A stretch of DNA of 64,000 nt from an archaeon (GCA_043803745.1 JAZDJS010000021.1:25357-89356); one strand, 5' to 3'. Shown: positions 17,896 to 27,568, numbered from the stretch's first letter. Notes: a model not told the origin generated them from the letters alone. A program made the numbers and translations.

Positions 17896-19182
17896 TCAGC
17901 CTCCGATGAAAATCAGTCCGATGATGAACCCGGCAAAGAGCAGGGCGCCCGCCCCGAATACCCTGAACACCTTTGAGCCGAGTTGCGCGCCCCCGATACG
18001 GTATGCAAGCGCAAGGTTGACTACTGCCGAACTCAGGCAGCCGATCAGGATTGCGACCGCCGCCTCGAGCGGGGAAATGCTTCCCACCGCGGAAAGGGAT
18101 GTTATCGAAACGACAAGCGCGTTGAGGCTGCCGAATCCGGCGAAGGCTGCTGCAGCATAAAGACCGTACTTTCCAAAGAAGGTCATCAGGAGCTTGAAAA
18201 GGATCACGAGCCCTGTGAAAAGGACCGTGAACCTGATTGCCGTTGAGAATGAGAAGGGCGATGTCTTTTTCATCCCGAGGGAAATGCGTTTCCTGCTTCC
18301 CGAAAAATTGCCGCTCCGCATTGAAAGCGCAAGGGAGACCGCTGAAACGAAGATAAGCGGGAAGATCAGATATGCGAAAACCTCCCTGCTGCCGACAAGC
18401 GAAAGCAGGAGAACCCGGACTGTTGTCACTGAAAAGGCGACCGAGAGAACGAGGGCAATCCCGTCGGAAAGGCTGCGATCCTTCCGCGCATTTTCGGAAA
18501 CCGCAAAAGTGGTTGCAATGAGCGAGGCAAGCCCCCCGGCAGCCCCGATTATTCCGGCTGAAACGCGGGTTTCCTTGAAAATCCGGGCTACGAGGTGCCC
18601 TGCAAAACCGAGAGCGAGCACAAGAAGGGTCATTGACCAGACGACGAAGGGATTGAAAATCCCCCAGGGGTCGATTGAGCGGTTCGGGAGAACCGGGAGC
18701 ATTATGAAGGAGAAGAAACCGAGCGCAAGCGTTTCGATGAGCTCTTTTTCCGAAAGGTGCTTCACGAAGAACTTGGCGAACGGCTTTATCGCAAGGAGGA
18801 GGGTCAGTATTATCGAAGCCGCTATCGCCTCAAGGAAAAGCCCCAGTTCGACGAGAAGCCCCAGGCAGAAAAGAAGGACGAACGCGGTGCTTGTGGTGAG
18901 TCCGGGGTGCCGCTCGCGCTTCGAGCGGGCGTAGTAGATCAGGAGGGCGACGGATATTGAGAAAAGGAGCCCGAGGACAACGATTGAAGGGGCTGAGAAC
19001 GCCCGCGCAAGGAAGGAGGAGAAAAAGCCGAGGGAAGCAACGAGGAGGGAGGTCCGAAGGCCGGCGAACTTCTTCGCCTTTTCCCGCTCAAGCCCGATCG
19101 GAAGCGCGACTATTATCGTCAGGAAAAACCTCCATAGGAAGGAGGAAAAGTTCCCGCCGCTGCTTGAAAAGAACTCGAACAT
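17896..19182 (-). CDS. MgtC/SapB + DUF4010 membrane protein
   Basis: IGLERE..FAGLRT, GLTT, LPVLPN..DPWG.FNP motifs. Confidence 0.88.
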   Translation of the reverse strand: MFEFFSSSGGNFSSFLWRFFLTIIVALPIGLEREKAKKFAGLRTSLLVASLGFFSSFLARAFSAPSIVVLGLLFSISVALLIYYARSKRERHPGLTTSTAFVLLFCLGLLVELGLFLEAIAASIILTLLLAIKPFAKFFVKHLSEKELIETLALGFFSFIMLPVLPNRSIDPWGIFNPFVVWSMTLLVLALGFAGHLVARIFKETRVSAGIIGAAGGLASLIATTFAVSENARKDRSLSDGIALVLSVAFSVTTVRVLLLSLVGSREVFAYLIFPLIFVSAVSLALSMRSGNFSGSRKRISLGMKKTSPFSFSTAIRFTVLFTGLVILFKLLMTFFGKYGLYAAAAFAGFGSLNALVVSITSLSAVGSISPLEAAVAILIGCLSSAVVNLALAYRIGGAQLGSKVFRVFGAGALLFAGFIIGLIFIGG

Positions 19183-19272
19183 CCGCAGGAAGAGGAGGCC
19201 GCGATTTATAAAAACTGTTTTCACCGCCTCCCGCGGCAAAAGTATTAAGTGCCGGACAGGCAAAACCCACGA

Positions 19273-20052
19273 ATGGACGGGAAAACCGCCGAAAAGGCAA
19301 TTGAAAAATCCGGGCAGAACCTCCTGATCTTCCTGATAATCCTGACCTTCCTATACGTGATACTCCAAAACTTCTCGCCCTTTTTCAGGATTGCCGTCCC
19401 CCTTGCAACGGCAATCGCGGTCTACCGCACAATGAAGGCGTCGGAGAGAAAATCTCCTGAGACGATAGAAACGAAGACCTGGAAGCTTGTCGCAGTCTGC
19501 CTCGGAATATGGCTCGCAGGGGAGCTTTCGGTGGTTGCTTTTTTCGCCAGGGAGGGCTTCGTTCCCTATCCATCCCTTGCCGAAATTTCCTATCTCATCG
19601 GGTATGTGCTCATGGGCGCGGGGGCTTTCAGCATAATAAGGAAGGTCGATGTCAAGCTTCCGATAACGCACATCCTGACGTTCACCCTAGTGGTCCTGCT
19701 TTTTTCCGGAGCGGTGACAAACTTCGTTATAGCGCGCGCCCTTATGAGCGAAGCCCCTTTTCTCGAAAAGGCGTTCAACATCGGCCTCCCGATTGCCGAC
19801 ATGATGCTGATAATAGTCGTTTTCGCAATCTACTTCGTCTACTTCGGTTCCGGAAGGAAGGAACGCCTCCTTGAAGAAAGCTGGGCCGTTGTAATACTCG
19901 GAATGACCTTTTCGGCTTTCGCGGACATAATAATGACGTACAGCAAGATAAGGCTAATCGATTCGATTTACCTTGCGCTCCTCCCCGGAATCCTCTACAT
20001 CTGGTCGCGGGGGGTTGTCGGGCTTGGAGCGAAGGCGCGGTCTTCCAACTGA
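19273..20052 (+). CDS. Stand-alone multi-TM sensor-like membrane protein
   Basis: WLAGEL..PYPSLAEISYLIGY..PIAD..FADI resemble the membrane domains found N-terminal to signalling enzymes. Confidence 0.65.
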   Translation: MDGKTAEKAIEKSGQNLLIFLIILTFLYVILQNFSPFFRIAVPLATAIAVYRTMKASERKSPETIETKTWKLVAVCLGIWLAGELSVVAFFAREGFVPYPSLAEISYLIGYVLMGAGAFSIIRKVDVKLPITHILTFTLVVLLFSGAVTNFVIARALMSEAPFLEKAFNIGLPIADMMLIIVVFAIYFVYFGSGRKERLLEESWAVVILGMTFSAFADIIMTYSKIRLIDSIYLALLPGILYIWSRGVVGLGAKARSSN

Positions 20053-20260
20053 ACTACCTGCCCGTCAAAGATCCCCCCTAACGGGGGGCTTTCTGTGTTT
20101 GCGAACACGGATCGCGCTGGAGCAGGAGACATGAATCGCGGGATATCTTACCACGGCCCAAAAGCCGAGGCTTTCGCGATTCAGTAAACGAGCGGGGGTC
20201 AATATAGGCAGTAGTTCATGTCACGCCGCCTTTCCGGTGCGGGGGTTCGATGCGGCGGGA
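20050..20260. ncRNA. Structured intergenic element (ncRNA or MITE candidate)
   Basis: TGAACTACCTGCC (20050) pairs with GGCAGTAGTTCA (20207) and encloses three hairpins; a further hairpin lies at 20224-20257. Confidence 0.45.
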
Positions 20261-20998
20261 CTAACGATTGAGGCTGCCGGTCGGCTCCCTGAAAAAGGCG
20301 ATTCTTGCGGATGCTTCTGAATAGACCTTCCTGGAAATCAAGGAGGCTGAAACGCATTCCCCGGCCTCCAGAAGGGTTTCAGCAGTCCGAAGGGTTTCGT
20401 TCGCTGAGGAGGCCTCCCTCTCCGAGAAAAACCCGAGCTCCTCGACAGCCTTCTCGGCAACCCTCAGGTCGCGTTCGGCATCAAGCCGTGCCGAGGAAAA
20501 AAGGGAATCGCGGGGGGAAATCGTCCCCACTTTCGAAGCAGCCCGCCTGATTGAAGCGACTATTATCGAAAAGGTCAGGCGGTTTGCCTCGGAAATCACG
20601 GACTTGTCAACGTAATCCTCAAGAATCTGGATGTTCCGGGCGTGGCGGGAAAAGTCGGTTTCCGTGACGGGAAGCTGGTAGTAGGAATCGAGGAGAAAAG
20701 TGTATTCGGCAAGTATTTTCTGGAGGCCTTCCGTCCGGTTGAGCGCAAGGAGCGCGTTTATTTCAGAAAGGCGGCCGTCCGCAAGGAAGAGGATTCTTGA
20801 TGCCCTTGCCTCGCCGGAAAAAGAGAACGCAACCGAAAAATGCTCAAGGGAAAGCTTGGCTGGATAGAGGATGCTGCCCGGGAGGATTGAAGGAGTCCGA
20901 ATGAAGACACTTCCCGGAGAGTCCGAGGCATGACCGGGGGCAAGTAGTAGGAGTAGAGTCATGAGGAAGACGACGAGAATAGTTTTTCCGGCGAACAT
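20261..20998 (-). CDS. Secreted DUF5667-like protein
   Basis: Signal peptide followed by LPGSILYPAKLSLEH..ADGRLSEI. Confidence 0.7.
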   Translation of the reverse strand: MFAGKTILVVFLMTLLLLLAPGHASDSPGSVFIRTPSILPGSILYPAKLSLEHFSVAFSFSGEARASRILFLADGRLSEINALLALNRTEGLQKILAEYTFLLDSYYQLPVTETDFSRHARNIQILEDYVDKSVISEANRLTFSIIVASIRRAASKVGTISPRDSLFSSARLDAERDLRVAEKAVEELGFFSEREASSANETLRTAETLLEAGECVSASLISRKVYSEASARIAFFREPTGSLNR

Positions 20999-21054
20999 CT
21001 TTCCGGGTAGGAATGCGGCTCTTTTTTATAATACCGGCGCACAAGGGGATTTTG

Positions 21055-21753
21055 ATGGAGCCGGCTTTCACAAAATTCAGGATTTCGAAGATAACCGAGG
21101 CGCTCCCGGGGAAGGTCAGGATTTTCCGGCTTGAGCCTGTTGAAGGGACGGTTCCTGGAAGAAAGCCGGGCCAGTATGTTGCGCTGAAGCTTGGCGAGGT
21201 CGAGCGGTCCTATTCGCTTTCAGGACCCGTCGAGGCGGACTATCTTGAGGTGACTGTCAAGCTTGCCGGGTCGTTCACTGGAAAGCTTTTCGGGCTTGGC
21301 GAGGGGGCGGAGATTCTCGCTTCCCCGCCCCAAGGCAGGTTTGTTCTTGAAGTGGAAAAGGTCGGGGCGGCGGAAATCGTTTTCCTTGCCGGGGGGGTAG
21401 GAATAACCCCCTTCTCCTGCTTTGCAGATTACATTTCCCGGAGAAGAATGGAGAACAAGGTGACCCTGATTTACGGGAGCCGGGTTCCCTCGGAAATAAT
21501 ATTGCGGGAGAGAATTGAGCTGCTTTTCTCGGAAATTCCTAACGGGAAGATTGTCTACACCGTCGACTCTGCCGAGCCCGGCTGGACTGGGAACGTCGGC
21601 TTCATCGGGAAGGACCTGCTTGAGAAAAGCGTTGCGGCTCCGAAGGAAGCGAAATATTTCATCTGCGGCCCGCCTCCGATGGTGAAGGCAATTGTCGAGG
21701 TCCTGAAGGAAATGCAAGTTCCCCTGCAGAACATCGCTTTGGAAGGCTGGTAA
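21055..21753 (+). CDS. FNR-like FAD/NAD(P)H oxidoreductase
   Basis: PGQY, RSYSL, AGGVGITP and ICGPPPMV motifs. Confidence 0.92.
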   Translation: MEPAFTKFRISKITEALPGKVRIFRLEPVEGTVPGRKPGQYVALKLGEVERSYSLSGPVEADYLEVTVKLAGSFTGKLFGLGEGAEILASPPQGRFVLEVEKVGAAEIVFLAGGVGITPFSCFADYISRRRMENKVTLIYGSRVPSEIILRERIELLFSEIPNGKIVYTVDSAEPGWTGNVGFIGKDLLEKSVAAPKEAKYFICGPPPMVKAIVEVLKEMQVPLQNIALEGW

Positions 21754-22434
21754 ATGCTTGTCCTTTTCGACATTGACGGAACTTTGGTTGCGAAAGGAAC
21801 GGGCGCACACGAGCGGGCCTTCGTCTTGGCAATTGACAAAATATATTCAGTTGACTCGGAGAAGGCATTCTATTCTCTCAAATTGCACGGCAGAGTTGAC
21901 AAGGAGATAATAGTTGAAACTGTCGGGAAACTGGGGATCCCGGAATCACTTGCAAAGAAAAAGGTTCCTGACTGCAAAAAGCTTGTCGAGGGCTTATTTC
22001 CCGGGGAGTTGAAACGGGATTTCTCTGGCCAAGTGCTTCCCGGAGTCAGGGAAATTCTCTCCAAACTGAAGAAACGAAAAGTCAAGCTCGGGCTGCTCAG
22101 CGGGAACTTCCCGAATGTTGCCTACGGCAAGCTGAAACGGGTCGGGTTAGAGAAGTTCTTTTCCAAAAAACTGAGCGGGCTTGGGGATTCGGGATTCAGC
22201 CGGGTCGAGGTTGCCTGCAAGCTTGCCCGGAAGGTTGTAAGGAGAACAAGGGGAGAGAAGATAGTCCTTGTCGGGGACACGCCCAAGGACATCCTTGCAG
22301 GCAAGGCCATCGGAGCAGTGACTGTCGCAGTTGCAACCGGGGGAGCAACGAAAGCCGAACTTGCACGGGCAAAACCGGATTTCCTTATCCGAAATATGTG
22401 GGGCTTTAGAAAGATTATTGAAAACCTTATTTGA
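21754..22434 (+). CDS. HAD-superfamily phosphatase
   Basis: FDIDGTL, LSGN and VGDTPKD motifs. Confidence 0.92.
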   Translation: MLVLFDIDGTLVAKGTGAHERAFVLAIDKIYSVDSEKAFYSLKLHGRVDKEIIVETVGKLGIPESLAKKKVPDCKKLVEGLFPGELKRDFSGQVLPGVREILSKLKKRKVKLGLLSGNFPNVAYGKLKRVGLEKFFSKKLSGLGDSGFSRVEVACKLARKVVRRTRGEKIVLVGDTPKDILAGKAIGAVTVAVATGGATKAELARAKPDFLIRNMWGFRKIIENLI

Positions 22435-23086
22435 AAATCTCGCCGGTCCCGTCGGACCAGAGTAGGAGGTCCAGTTCCGCGAGGGGGATTTTCACCTTCC
22501 GGGAAAATGCGCGGAGTTTCTCCTCAAGCTCAAGGTACTTCTTGGGCGGGATGCTTTTCGGGATTTCCTTTAGTATTCCGAGGGGAACAAGCCGCCGAAG
22601 GACGTGGATGTCGAGGATTGCAAGGTCCTCGCCGAAGCCGATGTTCCGGAGGAAATGGCTTGCCTCCTTCATCCCAAGCCCCTTGACGCGCGCGACTAGC
22701 AGCTTTCGGGATAGGAGGGGGTTTGAAAGGGGGAGGGAAGGGGTTATGGAGATTTTTCCTCCTTCTGAGAAGACTCGTCTCGCCAAAGAAACATATCTTG
22801 CCTTGTTATTCGGGAACCTCACCCCCGAAAGGCTTGAGCGGATTTGTGTGAGCGGGAGGCTCTTGCGCGGGAACCTCTTGTTTCTGAGGGAATCCGCTGC
22901 TTTCTCCGCTGCCCGCGCGCGCGACTGGGGGGTGAGGAGGCAGAAGACGAGCTCAAGGAAGATCTCTTCCTCGGGAAGCCTTCCGGCCTTTTCGAAATCG
23001 GAGAGGCGAGATGCAATTTCAGCTTTCTTCCGAGAATGGTCCTTCAAGAGTCTCTGGATTGAAAGGGAACTTCTTGCTCCGGTCAT
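22427..23086 (-). CDS. ogg: 8-oxoguanine DNA glycosylase/AP lyase (archaeal Ogg)
   Basis: ELVFCLLT, RFPNNKA, KGLGMKEASHFLRNIG, AILDIH, LDLLLW..TG.IFK. Confidence 0.92.
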   Translation of the reverse strand: MTGARSSLSIQRLLKDHSRKKAEIASRLSDFEKAGRLPEEEIFLELVFCLLTPQSRARAAEKAADSLRNKRFPRKSLPLTQIRSSLSGVRFPNNKARYVSLARRVFSEGGKISITPSLPLSNPLLSRKLLVARVKGLGMKEASHFLRNIGFGEDLAILDIHVLRRLVPLGILKEIPKSIPPKKYLELEEKLRAFSRKVKIPLAELDLLLWSDGTGEIFK

Positions 23087-23137
23087 TTTTCTTGGGGGTG
23101 CGCAAGGGTTTATATTCTTGGGCCTCGCGGGGCTAAA

Positions 23138-23536
23138 GTGAGTTTTTCCAAACTCGATTATGAGAAAACTTCCGCCAAGGGGGTCCTGATTGCAGCCGTT
23201 GAAACTGGCCGGGCAAAATCTGTCTCGGTGATAAAATTCCTCCCCGGCTCAAGCTTTCCAAGCCATTCCCACGGGAAAGCAACGGAGCGTTATTTCGCGG
23301 TTTCAGGCAAGGGCATCGTTTCCGTTGGGAAGCTGAAACGGGTTCTGGACAAGGGGGATTCAATCGAGATTGGGCGAGGAAGGGTTCATTCCGTTTCCAA
23401 TCCGTTCAAGAGGCAGTTCGTAATGGTCGAGATTTCAATTCCCGGATTTGACGAAAAAGACGTTCTGTTTGGACCAAAAGGCCGGAAGATTCAAGCGGAA
23501 AGGATTAAATACCGGAAGAGCCGGCCTTTCCACTAA
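23138..23536 (+). CDS. Cupin-domain protein
   Basis: HSH...ERYF.SG.G...H cupin motifs. Confidence 0.8.
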   Translation: MSFSKLDYEKTSAKGVLIAAVETGRAKSVSVIKFLPGSSFPSHSHGKATERYFAVSGKGIVSVGKLKRVLDKGDSIEIGRGRVHSVSNPFKRQFVMVEISIPGFDEKDVLFGPKGRKIQAERIKYRKSRPFH

Positions 23537-23537
23537 T

Positions 23538-24695
23538 ATGAGGGGCAGCCTTTTTGCGGATTCAACTGGATTCTCCGAGAAAAACCTTTTCAGGGACGAG
23601 GGGATCCTTTACTCGGATTTCCTTCCGGACAAGCTGCCGCACAGGGAAGGCCATGCGCGCTTCCTTGCTGATTGCCTGAGGCCAATCACCGGCGGGAAGA
23701 GCCCGGAGAACGTTTTCATCTGGGGTCCCGCAGGGGTCGGGAAAACCTCCGTTGCGAAGTTCGTCCTCCGGGAGATGAAGGAGCACACCGAAATCCCTGT
23801 TGTCTACATAAACTGCTGGCAGAACGACACGAGGCACGCGGTCCTGACGACAATCGCATATGCGCTTGGGAGCTTTGCGCCCCGGAGGGGGACTGCGACC
23901 GATGAAATCTTCGAAAAGGCCTGCGAGGGGATGAAAAGGCGCGGGGGGAAGGGGCTTGTGATCGTGCTTGACGAGATTGACAAGCTCCTTGCGAACGACG
24001 GGGGGCGGCTTCTCTACGACCTTGCAAGGGGACCGGTCTTTACCGGAAAGACGGGAATCGTCATGATTTCTAACGACGAATATGCCCTCCGGAAACTCGA
24101 CGACCGGACGAGGAGCAGCCTCTCCTACCAAGAGTCCTCATATCCCGCATATTCCTTCGAGGAGCTGAAAGGGATTTTCTCGGAAAGGATCGGGGCTGCG
24201 TTCGTCGAGGGTTCCGTGAAAGCGGGAGTGAACTCCGCGGTTGCGAGGATTGTCGCGGATTCCGGCGGGGACGTAAGGCTCGGGCTCGACTGCCTCCTCA
24301 AGGCGGGACGGCTTGCAGAATCCGACGGGAAGGATTTTTCGGTCGAGCACGTCCAGAAGATGATTGGGAAGATCCAGAACAGCAAGACGAAGGCGATAAT
24401 CACGGGGCTCGAGAGAAACCTCCTTGGAATCGTCAGGATTCTCGCTGCGACCGGGATAAGGGAGAAAACAACCGGGGAGCTTCTTGCCGATTATTCGCGG
24501 GAAATGGGGGAAACGAACGAGCGGACCTTCAGGAACTACCTGACTGAGCTCGAGACGAAGGGAGTGATAACCTCGGTGATGAGCGGCAAGGGCCAACGGG
24601 GGAAAACAAGGATAATCACGCTGAAGAACTCCGAGATGGTAAGGAGAATCCTTCAATCAGCTAATGAGGATGGCAAAGGAGGAAAGGAAAAATAA
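23538..24695 (+). CDS. cdc6: Orc1/Cdc6 replication initiator
   Basis: LPHRE, GPAGVGKT, YINC, LDEID and GDVR motifs, with a C-terminal winged helix (GQRGKTR). Confidence 0.92.
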   Translation: MRGSLFADSTGFSEKNLFRDEGILYSDFLPDKLPHREGHARFLADCLRPITGGKSPENVFIWGPAGVGKTSVAKFVLREMKEHTEIPVVYINCWQNDTRHAVLTTIAYALGSFAPRRGTATDEIFEKACEGMKRRGGKGLVIVLDEIDKLLANDGGRLLYDLARGPVFTGKTGIVMISNDEYALRKLDDRTRSSLSYQESSYPAYSFEELKGIFSERIGAAFVEGSVKAGVNSAVARIVADSGGDVRLGLDCLLKAGRLAESDGKDFSVEHVQKMIGKIQNSKTKAIITGLERNLLGIVRILAATGIREKTTGELLADYSREMGETNERTFRNYLTELETKGVITSVMSGKGQRGKTRIITLKNSEMVRRILQSANEDGKGGKEK

Positions 24696-24697
24696 AT

Positions 24698-25204
24698 ATG
24701 GTTGACACGGGAGAGCCGGAGGGAGAAAAGGGCGGGGAGGGAATGCTTGAGAAGCTCCCCTATCTTCTGAGGAAGCAGACGCTTCAGGAGGAGATGCCCG
24801 AGTTCTCGGAGGAGCGGGACATTTTCAGGCGGGCGCAGGCGGGAGCGGTCGGGAGCACCCTCCATACCGACAGAATACTCGTCCTTGTCGCAAACTGCAG
24901 GGAGGGGACGAAGGCGCTTAACGCGGCAATCGACATTGCCCGCCAGAACGGAAGCGAACTGGTGGTTGCGTTCTACACCGAGATTATTCCCGCACTGAAG
25001 GACCGGGTCATCAGCAGCGGCATAAGGTACAAGCTCATTGCAAAGCCGACAAGCGCAACGGGCGACATAATGTTCGTGATAAAGAAGGAGAAGGTCGACC
25101 TTGCGATAATACCTGAAAAATTCTCGGACAAGCTTTCCGGGATAAGCCAGGTTACCAAGCAGATTGTGGAGGCTTCCGAGTCCTCGGTCCTTGTCGTAAG
25201 GTAG
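24698..25204 (+). CDS. Universal stress protein-like protein
   Basis: RILVLV..ALNAAIDIA..VDLAII..VTKQIV..SVLVVR. Confidence 0.75.
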   Translation: MVDTGEPEGEKGGEGMLEKLPYLLRKQTLQEEMPEFSEERDIFRRAQAGAVGSTLHTDRILVLVANCREGTKALNAAIDIARQNGSELVVAFYTEIIPALKDRVISSGIRYKLIAKPTSATGDIMFVIKKEKVDLAIIPEKFSDKLSGISQVTKQIVEASESSVLVVR

Positions 25205-25215
25205 TAGAAGAACGA

Positions 25216-26460
25216 ATGAGCTTTCCAGTCCTCCCGGTTGCGATTTTCGCAATAACCTTTTTCCTTATATTCACCGAGAGGATTAACAGGACGCTTGCGG
25301 CGCTCCTCGGAGGATTTTCAATGGTCGCCTTCGGGGTGATAACCGGAGGGGAAGCGCTCGCATCAATCGAATTCACCGCAATTTCCTCGATTATCGGAAT
25401 ACTCATCCTGGTCTCCGTCGTGAGATCGAGCGGGCTTTTCGCATGGCTCGCGATAAAGGTGGTCAAACTTTCGAAGGGGAATCCCGCAAAGCTGATGGTT
25501 GCGCTTTCGCTTCTTTCCGCTTTTGTTGCGTCATTCCTAGGGGGGACTGCGACAATCCTGATAATGGGCGGACTGATCGTCACGATCTGCAAGCAGCTGA
25601 ACCTGAAAGTTCCGCCTTACCTGATGGCTTCGGCTCTGATGACTTCGGTTGGGGGGGGATTCTTCCTTACAGGGAGCTCGATAAACATACTCCTTTCAAA
25701 CGCGGGAGGGTTCTCATTCATTGACTTCTTCAGCAACAGCCTCCCGATTTCCCTCCTGCTCGGGATAATCACCTCCCTGTTCTTCGTCTGGTATTTCAAA
25801 ATAGAGAACAAGGAATCGGGGGAAATCCTTCTTGACGAAAAGCAGGCGATTACGGACTGGAAGAAATTCTGGATTACAATGGCGCTCCTATCCGGGACAA
25901 TCTTCCTTTTCATAATCTCCGGATTCGTCGGCCTGACCGTCGAGATGATTGCAATCGGCTCCGGGATACTTGCGCTTCTCCTTACGGGATTCGAGCCTGA
26001 AAAGGCTTTCAGGGAGGTTCAGTGGGAAACCCTGTTCTTCCTGATTGGCGTTTTCGTTGTAATGGGCGGCCTTGAGAAGAGCGGGGTCTTCCACGCCGTT
26101 GCAAGCGTGCTTGCCCCGATCGTGAAGGGGGATTCCGGAAGGCTCCTGCTCATAGGGATAATCGGGCCAATATCGGGGATAGTCCACTCCCTTCCGATAA
26201 CGGTCGCGCTGATACCGATTGTGAAGGAGATTGTCGGAATAACGGGTGAATTGGCGGGACCCATCTTCTGGACGCTGATTCTTGCCATAAATTTCGGGGA
26301 GAACCTGACTCCGCTCGGCTCAACTTCCAGCATACTTGCGATGGGGATTGGAAAGACCTCCGGCCAGCCGGTCAGCTTCGCGGAATTCCTGAAAATAGGC
26401 GCAATTCTCTGCGCAATCCACCTGACGATCGCCGGGATATGGGTTTTCTTCAGGTACTAG
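25216..26460 (+). CDS. ArsB/NhaD (SLC13/CitMHS) family transporter
   Basis: About 12 TM helices; SGLFAWLA, WETLFFLIG and GENLTPLGS motifs. Confidence 0.88.
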   Translation: MSFPVLPVAIFAITFFLIFTERINRTLAALLGGFSMVAFGVITGGEALASIEFTAISSIIGILILVSVVRSSGLFAWLAIKVVKLSKGNPAKLMVALSLLSAFVASFLGGTATILIMGGLIVTICKQLNLKVPPYLMASALMTSVGGGFFLTGSSINILLSNAGGFSFIDFFSNSLPISLLLGIITSLFFVWYFKIENKESGEILLDEKQAITDWKKFWITMALLSGTIFLFIISGFVGLTVEMIAIGSGILALLLTGFEPEKAFREVQWETLFFLIGVFVVMGGLEKSGVFHAVASVLAPIVKGDSGRLLLIGIIGPISGIVHSLPITVALIPIVKEIVGITGELAGPIFWTLILAINFGENLTPLGSTSSILAMGIGKTSGQPVSFAEFLKIGAILCAIHLTIAGIWVFFRY

Positions 26461-26506
26461 GTACTAAAAGTAAACTATTTAAGCCGGTCGGGCCCTCCGA
26501 GCCCCG

Positions 26507-26902
26507 ATGAGAAACGGAATGTTTTTTGTTGCCTCAGGGATACTGATTTTCGCGGGGATACTCCTCGCTGGGTGTGTTTCATCAGCGCAGGGACTGGGGG
26601 GGAGCCCGGGGGGGAGCCCAGGGGGGAGCCTTAGCACGCCTCCGACAACCGCCCCCGCTCCGGAAGAGAAAACCTTCACTCTTTCTGAGATTGCCGGATA
26701 TTCGACAAAGGAAAACTGCCTGATTGCGATAAACGGGAGCGTCTACAACATTACGGGGTATTTCGGCAAGCATCCTGCGGGGGACCGGACTTTGCTTTCC
26801 GGCTGCGGGAAGGATGCGACGGGAATCTTCAGCGAGAAGCATTCCCAGACGGCGTGGCAGCTTCTGCCCTCGTTCTATGCCGGAAAACTGGCCGGGCAAT
26901 AA
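26507..26902 (+). CDS. Cytochrome b5-like heme-binding lipoprotein
   Basis: Lipobox LAGC, then CLIAINGSVYNIT..HPAG..CGKDAT..KHS with both heme His ligands. Confidence 0.88.
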   Translation: MRNGMFFVASGILIFAGILLAGCVSSAQGLGGSPGGSPGGSLSTPPTTAPAPEEKTFTLSEIAGYSTKENCLIAINGSVYNITGYFGKHPAGDRTLLSGCGKDATGIFSEKHSQTAWQLLPSFYAGKLAGQ

Positions 26903-26956
26903 AAAAGGATAAAAAGACGTTTTGTCCTCTCTTGACTGAGGCGAGCGAAAAGAGAA

Positions 26957-27208
26957 ATGTCCTTCCTTGACACACTGAAAGTAATTACCTTCTTCGGAAT
27001 TCTTGCAGCAGTCTTCATAGTCAGCCTTGGAAGGCGGCTTTTCGGCTGGGGGATAAAGCCAACTCAGGCCCAGCCTCCACCGCCAAATCCGCCGGGCCCT
27101 CAGCAGGTCAGGTCCCCTCAGCCTCCCGAGCAGGGCCGGATTCCGTCTCCAGCTCGACAACAGCAGTATCCTCCTCAGCAACCACAACAGCAACAGAGGA
27201 AGTTCTGA
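26957..27208 (+). CDS. Small membrane-anchored Pro/Gln-rich protein
   Basis: One TM helix followed by a low-complexity PQ tail. Confidence 0.6.
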   Translation: MSFLDTLKVITFFGILAAVFIVSLGRRLFGWGIKPTQAQPPPPNPPGPQQVRSPQPPEQGRIPSPARQQQYPPQQPQQQQRKF

Positions 27209-27234
27209 TTATTTGAAACGGGAAAATGGTTCCC

Positions 27235-27411
27235 GTGCTCCCGACGGTTGAGTCATCTTCAGAGGACGAAATCTCGGGACGCGAGCGCGTTAGACCCGCC
27301 AGACGAAAAAGTGCGAGTGCTCCCGACGGTTGAGTCATCTTCAGAGGACGAAATCTCGGGACGCGAGCGCGTTAGACCCGCCAGACGAAAAAGTGCGAGT
27401 GCTCCCGACGG
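27235..27411 (-). repeat. Two exact 82-bp tandem units downstream of tRNA-Glu, each containing the 13-bp tRNA 3' end
   Basis: GTGCTCCCGACGG occurs at 27235, 27317 and 27399, and the intervening sequences are identical. Confidence 0.95.
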
Positions 27412-27474
27412 GATTTGAACCCGTGTCTCGGGCTCGAGAAGCCCAGATCCTTGGCCGAGCTAGACGACAGGAGC
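27400..27474 (-). tRNA. tRNA-Glu(CUC)
   Basis: GCTCCTG...TGGGC-TTCTCGA-GCCCG...GGTTCAAATCC...GGGAGC-A cloverleaf; CCA is not encoded. Confidence 0.95.
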
Positions 27475-27568
27475 TTGAGAATCGGGTCTTTCTCCCCGTT
27501 TTAAACGTTTTCCATCGAGTTTCGCCCAACCCAAAAATCTTTTTAACCTCTGTTCTTCCGGTTAGGCC

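Noticed and set aside
20050-20260. SRP RNA, RNase P RNA or hammerhead ribozyme
   Set aside because: I could not find the SRP helix-8 motif, the RNase P P4 consensus or a CUGANGA/GAAA core on either strand.
23087-23537. Replication origin next to cdc6
   Set aside because: The region is coding (cupin), with no repeated ORB boxes and no AT-rich unwinding element.
27235-27411. CRISPR array (also considered at 49369-49511)
   Set aside because: The would-be spacers are identical, the repeats are only 13-15 bp and equal tRNA 3' ends, and no cas genes are present.
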